This document shows, in pieces, positions 13,193 through 26,059 of a stretch of DNA of 64,000 bases. The stretch's first letter is position 1. Each line of letters opens with the position of its first letter. The stretch comes from Octopus vulgaris. Lineage: Eukaryota. The DNA lies in contig OX597816.1 in NCBI GenBank assembly GCA_951406725.2, positions 22,692,001 through 22,756,000 on the forward strand, given 5' to 3'. The notes below the pieces were generated by a model. The model searched no databases, was not told where the DNA came from, and saw nothing but the letters and a program-made list of their open reading frames with translations. The position numbers and the translations under genes are program-made.

Positions 13193-13196
<4 letters not shown>
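12481..13196. mobile_element. Penelope-like terminal repeat structure with two nested inverted repeats
   Basis: 12485-12558 is inverted at 12679-12752, and 12589-12679 is inverted at 13105-13195. Bounded by (TA)n/(CA)n and contains a hammerhead motif. Related ends at about 10310-10430 and 34060-34290. Confidence 0.65.
12956..13031 (+). ncRNA. Type I hammerhead ribozyme motif, canonical core, long stem II
   Basis: AATGTA-CTGAAGA-[aGTC..ACTTG/CAAGT..GACc]-GAA-ACC-GA-GGT-A-TGCATT. Stem I AAUGUA/UGCAUU, stem III ACC/GGU, GUA cleavage triplet. Confidence 0.7.
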
Positions 13197-13224
<28 letters not shown>

Positions 13225-13399
13225 GTATAATATGATATGATATAATATAATATAAATAGGAGCACCTCTCAATGCGGATGCCGCAGTATTCGGCGTTTTA
13301 ACAACATATCTATGTTAACTTGGATATAAAGTTGCCTTTTATTACTAATACAGCTTCCGTTGCTAATAATGATATATATATATATATATATATATCAAA

Positions 13400-13430
<31 letters not shown>

Positions 13431-13458
13431 CCACACACACACACACACACACACACAT

Positions 13459-13594
13459 GGGTGCAGCGTGGTTGTGTTGTAAAAAGATTGCTTCCCAACC
13501 ACATGGTTCGGGATTCAGTTTCTACTCTAGCCTCGGGCCGACCAAAGCCTTGTGAGTGGATTAGTCAGACGGAAACTGGATGAAGCCCGTCGTA

Positions 13595-13600
<6 letters not shown>
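13459..13600 (+). mobile_element. SINE A 5' part with internal deletion
   Basis: CAACCACATGGTTCGGGATTCAG..GCCTCGGGCCGACCAAAGCCTTGTGAGTGGA. Confidence 0.75.
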
Positions 13601-13650
<50 letters not shown>

Positions 13651-14137
13651 TATTTCTAAGTCTCCCTGGAGAAGACTACGGCAGCGGTACTGGATATTAA
13701 TAGTTATCACCAAGCTAATATGGCAGCCCAAAAATATAGGACGAATGCTGTCGTTGATTAGCTCAAAGAGGCCATCGCCTCTAGCTAGCTATGTGACACA
13801 CGAACCTGTGTAAATATATATATAAATATGTAGGTCCCTGGTTGAGTCGGGGTTAACCACAGTAAATAAGGTACTCAATACATAGCAGAGTAAATTAATT
13901 TATTTTATAGAAGGAGCTTCTACAGGACATAACACGCACACATATATGTGTATATGAATGATTGGGTGTATGCATACTGTTATACCTTTATACATTTATG
14001 CATATATATATATTCTATAAAAAGCTTGTCATTTTTTTGTTTGTTGGCTCCATCATACTATGCGGAATGTTGTACACATAATACTTACATACACACATGC
14101 GCGCACACGCAAACACACACACACACACACACACACA

Positions 14138-14185
<48 letters not shown>

Positions 14186-14635
14186 ACATTCATGCATAAT
14201 GGCTGCAACTTGATTTCGAGCAATGCTGCCGCTTGAATTGTTCACTTAAACACGAGAAGCACAGATGTGACTTTTCAGTCCTGCACGAAGCCTGTACTCT
14301 TTTGCATAGACGTGACAACGATGAGTGCCTCAAAGCCGCAAGTATTCAGAGAACTAAACACCCACCCTGACATACGCCTTCATTTCACCATAAACTTTGT
14401 CATTGTGTGTTTGCATTTTCAGCTACAGCCAGCCATAAGTATGCAACACATTATAAAGACGTTAATAGAGATATTAAAAATCACGCGTTGCCTGTGTCTG
14501 AAGCTTTTTTGAAATGAGGACAAGCGTTTGTTTTCTTTTACACAATATTAAAACAATGGCTAAAAAGATTTCTGAAGCAGCAACCCCACTAATTTTATCT
14601 ACGAGCCGCCACTGCACCCACATCATAAGTATGTA

Positions 14636-15580
14636 TTTGTCCGAAATTGTCATCACGGTATTATCTGTCGATGAGACATGACGTTGTATCTTGGACACTC
14701 TATAATGAAATCCGTCAAAAGGATAATCCCGAGGACAAACTCCACCCATCTAACACCCGTGGACATATTTACAAAGTAAGAAAACAGCACAGCTCCCTTG
14801 ACTTCAGGAAACATTTTTTCACGCCGAGAGTTGCTGAAGCATGGAACAAACTGCCGGCATCGGTTGTTAGTTGTCGGAGCACTGCATCCTTCAAAACTTC
14901 CATGCTTCCTGAGATTCGCCAACACTACACTTGATTTTCTCCCCTCCATACACACACAAGCATGTATCTGACTCATACATTGTTCGCTTTCCAGACATTT
15001 CTACATTACTGCATGTACTTTATATGCACTTTCTCACAAGTTGTGGTGCACCTGAGCACTGTATACAATAATTTCATTATTATTTAAATACCCACAATAT
15101 GGTAGAAGCCATAGCCACTCATAATAAAAAGGAATACTGGTGGAATGTTCCAGTGAAGACCTCAATAAAATATAAGCACAAACAGACCAGATATAATGAT
15201 TTGGGATAGAGAAGAGAAATTGTGCACAATTGTAGAAATTACCTGCCTAGCGGATGTTAACATAAAGCCAAAAATCAGTGAAAAAGAGAGCATCTATGAT
15301 GATGAAGTATTGAGAAATCAGCAGTTACTCTATCCAGATTACAAGTTCAGGTTTATACCTGTAATTATTGGGTGCCTGGGATATGTAACACACTGCCTCA
15401 ATACCAATCTTGAGAAATTAGGCTTCTCAAAACCAGAAAGGAGAAAGCTAATTCGAAGACTACAGATTTAATCCATCACTAGAACTGTAATAGTCTGTAA
15501 AACTTTCCAGAAGTTTATCATTTAAATATAAATGAGCATGTCTAGATATGTAACTATATGCATAAGAATACATACATAAA
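14636..15580 (+). mobile_element. R4/Dong-like (RLE-bearing) non-LTR retrotransposon 3' fragment, interrupted by a CR1 fragment
   Basis: CPKLSSRYYLSMRHDVV (end of CCHC region) at 14638, then WWNVPVKT..HNRPDIMIWDREEKLCTIVEITC..FIPVIIGCLG (PD-(D/E)xK endonuclease) after 15085. Followed by (TACA)n. Confidence 0.8.
14738..15084 (+). mobile_element. CR1-clade LINE 3' end
   Basis: NTRGHIYKVRK..RKHFFTPRVAEAWNKLPASVV..SFK, a typical CR1 ORF2 C-terminus, then 3' UTR and short ATT tail. Second copy at 45675-45835. Confidence 0.85.
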
Positions 15581-15702
15581 ACATACAAATCTGCACATAC
15601 ATACATTCATACATACATACATACATACAAATCTGCACATACATACATTCATACATACATACATACATACATACATACATACATACATACATACATACAT
15701 TT

Positions 15703-16028
15703 AGGAGCACTCCGTCGGTTGCGACGACGAGGGTCCCAGCTGATCCGATCAACGGAACAGCTTGCTCGTGAAATTAACGTGCAAGTGGCTGAGCACTCCT
15801 CAAACAGGTGTACCCTTAATGTAGTTCTCGGGGAGATTCAGCGTGACACAGAGTGTGACAAGGCTAACCCTTTGAAATACAGGTACTACTCATTTTTGCC
15901 AGCTGAGTGGACTGAAGCAACGTGAAATAAAGTGTCTTGCTCAAGGACACAACGCGCCGCCGGGAATTGAACTCACGACCTTACGATCATGAGCCGAATG
16001 CCCCTAACCACTAAGCCACGCGCCTTCA
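15703..16028 (-). mobile_element. tRNA-derived SINE (head 1 + tail Y)
   Basis: Head matches the 3352 copy; tail matches the 2770 and 20590 copies. Inserted in (TACA)n. Confidence 0.85.
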
Positions 16029-16194
16029 CATACATACATACATACATACATACGTACATACATACATACATACATACATACATTCATACATACCCCGTTG
16101 TTGAAGCTGAAATTCCAATGGAGTCTTGGAGCTAGGTTAGAAACTGATTCTTTCTCTATTGGCAAGAAATCTAGAAATAAACTGAATAATGGCA

Positions 16195-16601
16195 GGCGCA
16201 GGAGTGGATGTGTGGTAAGTAGCTTGCTAACCAACCACATGGTTCCAGGTTCAGTCCCACTGCGTGGCATCTTGGGCAAGTGTCTTCTGCTATAGCCCCG
16301 GGCCGACCAATGCCTTGTGAGTGGATTTGGTAGACGGAAACTGAAAGAAGCCTGTCGTATATATGTATATATATGTACGTGTGTGTGTGTTTGTGTGTCT
16401 GTGTTTGTTCCCCTAGCATTGCTTGACAACCGATGCCTGTGTGTTCATGTCCCCGTCACATAGCGGTTCGGCAAAAGAGACCGATAGAATAAGTACTGGG
16501 CTTACAAAGAATAAGTCCCAGGGTCGATTTGCTCGACTAAAGACCGTGCTCCAGCATGGCCGCAGTCAAATGACTGAAACAAGTAAAAGAGTAAAAGAGT
16601 A
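16195..16601 (+). mobile_element. SINE family A, full length
   Basis: GGCGCAGGAGTGG..TGTGGTAAG A-box, GGTTCAGTCCC B-box, (GTAAAAGA)n tail. Confidence 0.92.
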
Positions 16602-16894
16602 CACCTAGTTTAACACCACTTGATGTTCCGGAGTGTCTATAGCGGAATCTACTCTGTTAAAAGCATTCAGTCCAGGTCTTCTCTCCTTCACACAGGTCTT
16701 GGGCGCCTTGGAATAGTCATGCACAATACATTACCCCACCTGAGTTGGTAATAAAAAAAAAATCGTATTCCCACCCACAACACCTTGTATTAAACGATTC
16801 TGGAATTATGTGTTCCATTGATGTATTTTAAAAGTCAACATGTGAATGAAGATTGTAAATTGAAGTAAATGTAGTTTGCATAATTTATTTCATA

Positions 16895-17696
16895 CTAGCA
16901 GTATCGCCCGGCGTTGCTCAGGTTTGTAAGGGAAATAACTATAAAGCATTTTTAGAGAGTTATAGCCAAAAAATAGCAAAAAAATTGGAAAAAAATGATG
17001 GTAGCGCAGGAGTGGCTGTGTGGTAAGTAGCTTGTTTACCAACCGCATGGTTCCGGGTTCAGTCCCACTGCGTGGCACCTTGGGCAAGTGTCTTCTGCTA
17101 TAGCCTCGGGCCGACCAAAGCCTTGTGAGTGGATTTGATAGACGGAAACTGAAAGAAGCCTGTCGTATATATGTATATATATGTATATGTATGTGTGTGT
17201 TTGTGTGTCTGTGTTTGTCCCCCTAGCATTGCTTGACAACCGATGCTGGTATGTTTACGTCCCCGTTACTTAGCGGTTCGGCAAAAGAGACCGATAGAAT
17301 AAGTACTGGGCTTACAAAGAATAAGTCCCGGGGTCGATTTGCTCGACTAAAGGCGGTGCTCCAGCATGGCCGCAGTCAAATGACTGAAACAAGTAAAAGA
17401 GTAAAAGAGTAAAGAGGTAAATTTTTTTCTGAGAATTAAAAAAGGTCGAGTTGCGTCCCCTAGACAGTTTGTGGCTTGTGTTTCTGATTCTCGATCCCAT
17501 GTCGAATTTATCGATTTTTTTCAGAACTGGGGGAACTTTTCAAAATTTTCGCTGCGTTAGTTTTGAATTATGACATTGGGCTATGTGTGTGTCAAGTTTC
17601 ATCAGAATCGGTTGAAAGCCGTGGTCAGGGTGAGGGTACAACCAAACAGACACACAGAAACACACACAGACAAACTGCCGTTTATATATAGAGAGA
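16895..17696 (-). mobile_element. Non-autonomous Helitron (alternative 5' half) interrupted by SINE A
   Basis: Same hairpin+CTAG 3' end as the other copies; 5' end TCTCTCTATATATAAACGGCAG on the minus strand. Confidence 0.8.
17004..17416 (+). mobile_element. SINE family A, full length, nested in Helitron
   Basis: Splits the Helitron motif GATGGTA/ATTTTTT. Confidence 0.92.
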
Positions 17697-17715
17697 TATA
17701 TATATATTCATACAC

Positions 17716-17805
<90 letters not shown>

Positions 17806-18321
17806 GTGTAGACACACACACACACATATATATATGACTACATATATGTGTGTGTGTGTGTATGTGTGTGTACATACACACACGTACGCGCGCACGTGTG
17901 TATGAGTGCGATACGCTTGGAAACGTATTACTATGCATATGCTTGCTTGTATTATGCGTCTTCCACTGCACCAGTTAATTATATCTAATTGTTTTCCCTG
18001 ATACAAAACAGATATGTCAGAGGACTGCTGTCTCATCATTCACTCTGCCGCATTAACGAAGTAATTACAAGTTTAACACAATACATAGCGAATTAAATAT
18101 TCCTCTCTTATTCACTTCTACTATATTAATATCGAATCGAAATCCTATACAGATCAATTATAAACTTAAATTAAAATATAAGTTAAAATGTCAATAATAT
18201 TTTTTTAAAGTTTCCACGCGAATGCTATGAGAATTCTCACAAGATGTGAAATTTAACGTATGTAAAAGTTATGGCATATTTCAGCGCGGTAAGTCTTGTT
18301 TAATATATACATGCTTTTATA

Positions 18322-18887
18322 TTAGGTTGTCCGGAAAGTTAGTGCCGATTTTTAAAGGAAAGAAAAAGGTCAATAAATACATGCCATTACATTTTTAATC
18401 AACCAAATATGGACCATTTTGTTGCACAATGCGTCTCCATCTTTCCTTTAGCTTGAAAATACCCTCTTCCCAGAACTGAGATGGTTTCATGGCAAATAAT
18501 TCATCAAAGAATATTTTTACGTCATCCAAGGAATTGAAATTTCTACCATTAAGATTATTCTGCAGAGACCTGGATAAGTGGAAATCCGAAGGAGCAATAT
18601 CTGGTGAATATGGAGGGTGGTGTAACACATCCCAGCCGAGCTGCAGCAATTTTTGTCTAGTTCCCAAAGCACTAACTGCCGAAAATGAACTTTCTTATCT
18701 TCCATATTAAAGGGTTACAGAATTAACACAGGTTATAGGAACATAAACCTTCTTCCACGAAAAGATAGCTTAAACTCTGCTCTATATGGAGGTGAAGTTA
18801 AATCATATTTTATGGACTCAACCATGTTCTAAAATAAGTCGAAATGTAAGCTACTATAAATCAGCACGAACTTTCCGGACAACCCAA
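18322..18887 (-). mobile_element. Internally deleted mariner (DD34D-type) element with both TIRs
   Basis: 30-bp TIRs TTAGGTTGTCCGGAAAGTTAGTGCCGATTT / AAATCAGCACGAACTTTCCGGACAACCCAA (3 mismatches) with TA TSD. N-terminus MEDKKVHFR joined to C-terminal HPPYSPDIAPSDFHL. Confidence 0.92.
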
Positions 18888-19985
18888 TATATCTGTTCAT
18901 TTCAATTACATCGTCTCTTCCTCCCCTACGTATATATACTCACATATACACCCGTTGACAGCTCATGGCTAAGTATAGTCATAAATATTATCATATGTAC
19001 CCCATTTTCCCTGGGAGGAAATAAGACATTAGGAGTAGTAAGTTGGATATATTGGTAACTGTCTATATAAAGACGCAGGGTACGGGTAGATTTTAAATCA
19101 TGAGGTTAATTACAAGTTAAAGGGGCAAGACGTTAAGAAACCTAAAATGTTAATACAGAGGAAATTTTATTTAGGGGCGAATATCTGTAAACAATATTAT
19201 GTTGTATGAAAATAAAATTTAAGAATTTCAAAAATGATATCACAACCAAAATAGGTAAAAGGTGTGTATATATCAATTATAAACATTAGAAAGGAAGATT
19301 ACATAGAATCCGTTGAATATCCATTCATGGTTTCTATAAAGACTGCTCAAGGCATTTCCATATCGAATAATTTGAAAGACATACATATTATCTATTACTT
19401 TTAAGCAATGAATCAGAAAAGAGTAAAAATGCATACAGACATACACACACATATATATGTGCATCTATGCATATATATATATATATATATACATATACAA
19501 ATATTTATACGGTTATATGAATATAGTATGAATATCTCGCATAGACTTAAGTAAGTGAAAAATACCAATTTAAGAACAAGAAACATAAAGAATTTATAAG
19601 GGATATGAGGTTAATAAGTAAGAATATCAAAATAAGAAAAAAAAAATAAGAAGAATTTATGAAAAATAATAAGAAATATATATAACCTACATAAAGAGAC
19701 GGGGGTTAAAATTAGAGGCAGGGAAAAGATGAAGGTAACCCAATAAGCGGGGGTAACAGGTATGGAAGTAGGAATGGTAGTTAAGGTATTCAGACCGAAG
19801 AGATTTCATCAGTTATAATGTTACATGTGATATCGTATGTAGGATTTTATGGTTTCTGTGGGATATATGATTTAGTCAAATTGAGACTTACTTACATAAA
19901 GTCACTACAAGAATACATAATATCATCAGTAGTGTAGGGCATCATCCAGAGGAAACTAGTGTAATCATCTAAATAGGATGAAGTC

Positions 19986-20040
<55 letters not shown>

Positions 20041-20043
<3 letters not shown>

Positions 20044-20250
20044 TAAATTAGAGATAAAACCACTATTAGGCAAATCAAACAGTGAAAAACATAAGCCAAT
20101 ACATAAAATTAATTTAATTTATATTATTTTAAATATATATATATATATATTATATTAAATTAGAGATAAAACCACTATTAGGCAAATCAAACAGTGAAAA
20201 ACATAAGCCAATACATAAAATTAATTTAATTTATATTATTTTAAATATAT
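20041..20250 (+). repeat. Perfect ~100-bp direct duplication inside (TA)n
   Basis: TATTAAATTAGAGATAAAACCACTATTAGG..TATTTTAAATATAT at 20041 and about 20153. Confidence 0.9.
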
Positions 20251-20286
20251 ATCAAAAGTATTAAAAGTTTAATAAAAGATAAAGAG

Positions 20287-20369
<83 letters not shown>

Positions 20370-20514
20370 CGATATAAATGTATTTAATCATATTTACTGC
20401 GGTTGATATTTTGACCATATCGCACGAGAAGTCACAGGCGGGGAATTTAAACTGGTCGTGTGCATACGTGCATATATATGTATGTATACATTCGTATATT
20501 TAAGTATTCGTATG

Positions 20515-20557
<43 letters not shown>

Positions 20558-20589
20558 ATTTATGTATATTTGTGTTACTATCTGTGTAA

Positions 20590-20955
20590 CACGTGGCCCA
20601 GTGGTTAGGGCAGTGGACTCGCAGTCGTAATATTACGGTTTCGATTCCCAACCCGGGCATTCTGAGTGTTTATTGAGCGAAATCACCTAAATCTCAACGA
20701 GGCTCCGGGAGAGGGTGGGGGTGGCGAACCCTGCTGTACTCTTTCACCAGAACTTTCCCTCACTCCTTCTTCCTGTTTCTGCTGTACCTGTATTCCAAAG
20801 GGTCAGATTTGTCACACTTTGTGTCACGCTGAATCTCTCCGAGAACAACGTTAAGGATACAGCTGTCTTTGGTGTGCTCAGCCACTTGCACTTGCAGGCT
20901 GTTCCGTTGATCGGATCAACTGGAACCCTCGTAGGTCGTAACAGGGCAAGTGCCA
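20590..20955 (+). mobile_element. tRNA-derived SINE (head 2 + tail Y)
   Basis: Homologous to 2770-3140. Confidence 0.85.
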
Positions 20956-21532
20956 CGATTCACACACACGCACACACACACATATATATATTATATATAT
21001 ATATACACTTGTACATAAAGATATGTGTGACTATAAACGTATACGCTTTATACAGTCTAACCAAGTGAAGGATATATGTATACATACATCGAACTTCTTA
21101 CAAAATATATGCAATCAACGAAAAGAAAAAGACCTAAATAAGCCAGGAAAGGTAATAGACCTACTAAGGATTTTTAGACTAAAGTAAATAGTCTAGCAAT
21201 AAGCATAACATGATAACATAACAAAAAACGATCCGTGTAACAGACACCCAAAATAAATACGAAAAAACATTGTAAAATCAAAATTACGATAAGGCAAAAA
21301 AAAAAAAAAAAAAAAGTAAACTTAATCTCCCAATCGTATCTAAAATTCAATACACTTGAGTAACAATACAAGTGGAAGGAGAGAATATTCATGAAACTTA
21401 AATAACTAAGCCTGCGGTAATAACAGGAAATTAACGTCAGATAAAACAATAGTTAGCAGCAAATTCTCATATGATTCAGTGATTTGATAAACACACCACA
21501 TACAAGTGGAAGGAAGTGTATGTGTTCGAATG

Positions 21533-21638
<106 letters not shown>

Positions 21639-21657
21639 TATATATATATATATATGA

Positions 21658-21704
<47 letters not shown>

Positions 21705-21807
21705 CTTGTATGTATACATACATAAAAATTATGCAATTATATATACGTAATTATATATATGTATACATATATATATTTATTTATATATATATACATGTAT
21801 ACATATA

Positions 21808-21883
<76 letters not shown>

Positions 21884-21997
21884 TGTAGGGAGAGAGCGGG
21901 AGAGAAGAAAGAGACAGAGAGTGAGAGGCAGATGGATAGATAGGTATGTATACTTACATAACAATTATACGTACTTATATATGTATGTATGCGTATG

Positions 21998-22056
<59 letters not shown>

Positions 22057-22065
22057 GTATGTAAG

Positions 22066-22096
<31 letters not shown>

Positions 22097-22228
22097 GTAT
22101 GTATATATATGTATATATGTATGTTTTCGGTAGTCTGTGTGTAAAAATAAGCTTATCAGTGTCTGCATACACAGACACACACGCATACCTAACACTTACA
22201 TATGCTATGCACATATACACACACACAG

Positions 22229-22292
<64 letters not shown>

Positions 22293-22332
22293 AACGATAT
22301 ATACTTACTTGGAGAACAGAAAGGAAACGAAA

Positions 22333-22371
<39 letters not shown>

Positions 22372-23163
22372 GCATGAAGGAGTGAGGTGGGCTGACAAGC
22401 AGAGAGAAAGGAGGAGAGAAAAAGAAAGACTAAATGGGAGAGTGAAATGTGGAGGCTGGGTGATACCTAAATATTTATATAGGACTCTCTACGTAGACGT
22501 TATTGTAAACAGTAAACGTTTCTGATAGATATAAATATAACATAATGATAACGACTTTTTTTTAACAAAATAGACGAAATGTAATCTTTCATATTTGTTT
22601 GTTTATATGAATCGACCTTATTACATAACAGGTACTTATTTGATTAAGCTAGCCAACCTCTACCCCGATAGGAATCACTGCCGAATTACCGACAAATCGC
22701 TAGTTCTAGTCTGTTCTGTATAACGGGTTCGTTAAGACGGAACTTATCCTGGTTTCCTGACTGTCAAGCAAATATAAAGACGTGCTTATGAGCAGTACGT
22801 CATACCCTGGGTTGTAGGGAAAGACCTTCCCACCTTCACGGGGACTCGTTTTCGGCTACGTAGGCTAAACCAGTGTGTAACAGAGTGTCTTGCTCAAGGT
22901 TATAAATACACCACCCTGAATAAAAACTTCAGCCTTCTAATCGTAACACCAGCACATTCAGTTAGTCAGCTGCCTTCATTACACACGCGTACACACACTC
23001 ATACACACAATTACACACTGAGACACACACACACACACACGCACACACACATATATATTCTTTTATTCTTTCGTTTGTTTCAGTCATATGAGTGCGGCCA
23101 TGCTAGAGCACCGTCTTTAGTCGATGATACATATATACATACACACATACATACACACACATA

Positions 23164-23465
<302 letters not shown>

Positions 23466-23610
23466 ATAATATTAAAATTCAATTATCCGCACCAATGCAC
23501 GGTTGCAACACCAAATGGTTTTATCTCCAACCGTGCTTTCTTCTGCTGTGATTTTTGCTACCAAGGTATCGGTTAAACTTTTGATTAATCTGCAACAAGA
23601 TTATTCATCT

Positions 23611-23735
<125 letters not shown>

Positions 23736-24061
23736 AACAGACAGACAGATAGACAGGCAGGCAGGCAGACAGGCAGATAAACATATAGATATATACGTAA
23801 TCTATTGTTGATTTTGGTGTCTAGCCCTAGTCAGATCAGATTGAGTAGACGTATGACTTACAGTATCCAGGCCGTTGTCGTTCCATCATTTTTCTGTCAA
23901 AATGTGGCTGAGACTATTTTAATTTGTATGAGATTCTTTTATTTTTAGCCAGAATTGTATGAATAATGAATAATGCTAAATAATATGTTGATCTTGTGGG
24001 TTTGATTCTCGCAACGGCCAGTTTGATGTGTACGTGAACAAGACTATATATATAGAGATAA

Positions 24062-24672
<611 letters not shown>

Positions 24673-25147
24673 ATATATATATATATATATATATAGATAG
24701 ATAGATAGATAGATAGATAGACAGATAGACAGATAGAGAAATTTGTATTTTCTTATGTGTTTGTGCGTGCGCGTATGTGTGTGTGTATTGTCATGTTGAA
24801 TCTGTCGATCATCCGATCGATTGTGATGTGATTGTTTTTGGGATCTAATTCTCATCCCGAGGAAAACATTTAACTTACTATATCAAGATGCAATTTTTAA
24901 TTTTTGATTTATTAATTTGTAATTAAATGAATTGTGTATGGAAGCGATTGTAGGTAACACAGAATGTTTTTAAAACATAAATTATATTTTATTGGTTAAA
25001 ACTTTCCATTTTCTCCTTATAATATATTATATTGAAATATATATCGAAGTGTAATAATAATTAAACTCCAGGACATACTTAATTGGTGCCTATTTTAAAC
25101 AATAAACACCAATACTATTAAGTTACACTGGACTCTTTGAATTTTCA

Positions 25148-25637
25148 TTTTTTTTTTTTATCATCTAGTTTCAGCTCATGAGCTGTGGCCATGCTGGGGC
25201 ACCGCCATTTGGTGTTGCTACATGATTTTACTTCACGAATGCTTTTTAGCAACTGCCATTTGGTGCATGAGAGAGTTCGACGCAGCTGCCCTCATCTGCA
25301 CCTCCTGCCGTGAAGTTGGTTCATCCGGGACACCTGACAGGAAGAGATCCAGTCCTACTTTAAAGACATATAATGGCATATCTTTCTCGCCTACGCACCA
25401 AAGAATAGAGTTTTAATCTCTTGAGTCTTTCCCAGTAGCTTATATGCTACACAGAGGCTATCTTCTTCGTGTAGCTTCGTTGCATCGCCTCAAGTTCTGT
25501 GATCAACTTGACACTGGATGCTGACTATAGCTGAGAGCAATAGTCAAAGTGGCTTAGGACAAGTGTCCTCCAGAGGACCATCATGGTTTCTTGGTCTCTT
25601 GTTCTAAAGGTTCTAAGAATCCATCCGGCCAGCCGTC
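25148..25637 (-). mobile_element. CR1-clade LINE 3' fragment (stops, internal deletion); tail shared with SINE A
   Basis: Manual translation: RLAGWILRTFRTRDQETMMVLWRTLVLSHFDYCSQL*..SYWERLKRLKLYSLVRRRERY..FKVGLDLFLSGVPDEP..RAAASNSL. Tail GGCGGTGCCCCAGCATGGCCACAGCTCATGAGCTGAAAC; a short second tail copy lies at about 37795-37846. Confidence 0.85.
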
Positions 25638-25712
25638 TACATTTCATTGCCAATTTAGCAACAATTTATATATATATATATTGGAAGGTTTGGAGCTGAT
25701 GTATAGGTGTTT

Positions 25713-25972
25713 TATATTAGAAGAAATGAGGTACTCAGAAATTCGGATGGTTTTATATTTACAGATATTTAATTGTATATTACATGTTTTTATACATCAT
25801 ATAACTTAGATCATATATTAGCGCTTTCTCCTAATATATTATCGCACCTAATATATGAAAGCGCTAATATATGATCTAAGTTATATAATGTATAAAAACA
25901 TGTAATATACAAATAAATATCTGTAAATATAAAACCATCCGAATTTCTGAGTACCTCATTTCTTCTAATATA
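25713..25972. repeat. ~115-bp-arm inverted repeat in TA-rich context; PLE-like end
   Basis: Arms 25713-25828 and 25857-25972; inner ends stop at GAA-AGCGCT. Confidence 0.85.
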
Positions 25973-26059
25973 TGTATATATATTTACATCTGAGAGAATA
26001 AAAGAGAGAAAGAAAAAGAGAGAGAAAGACAGACAGGTATTCAGGTAGACAGATAGATA

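Noticed and set aside
15950-16028. tRNA-like sequences at SINE heads as tRNA genes
   Set aside because: They continue into SINE bodies and are multicopy and diverged.
19800-19935. Two CTGATGA motifs on the minus strand
   Set aside because: Could not build stems I-III around either.
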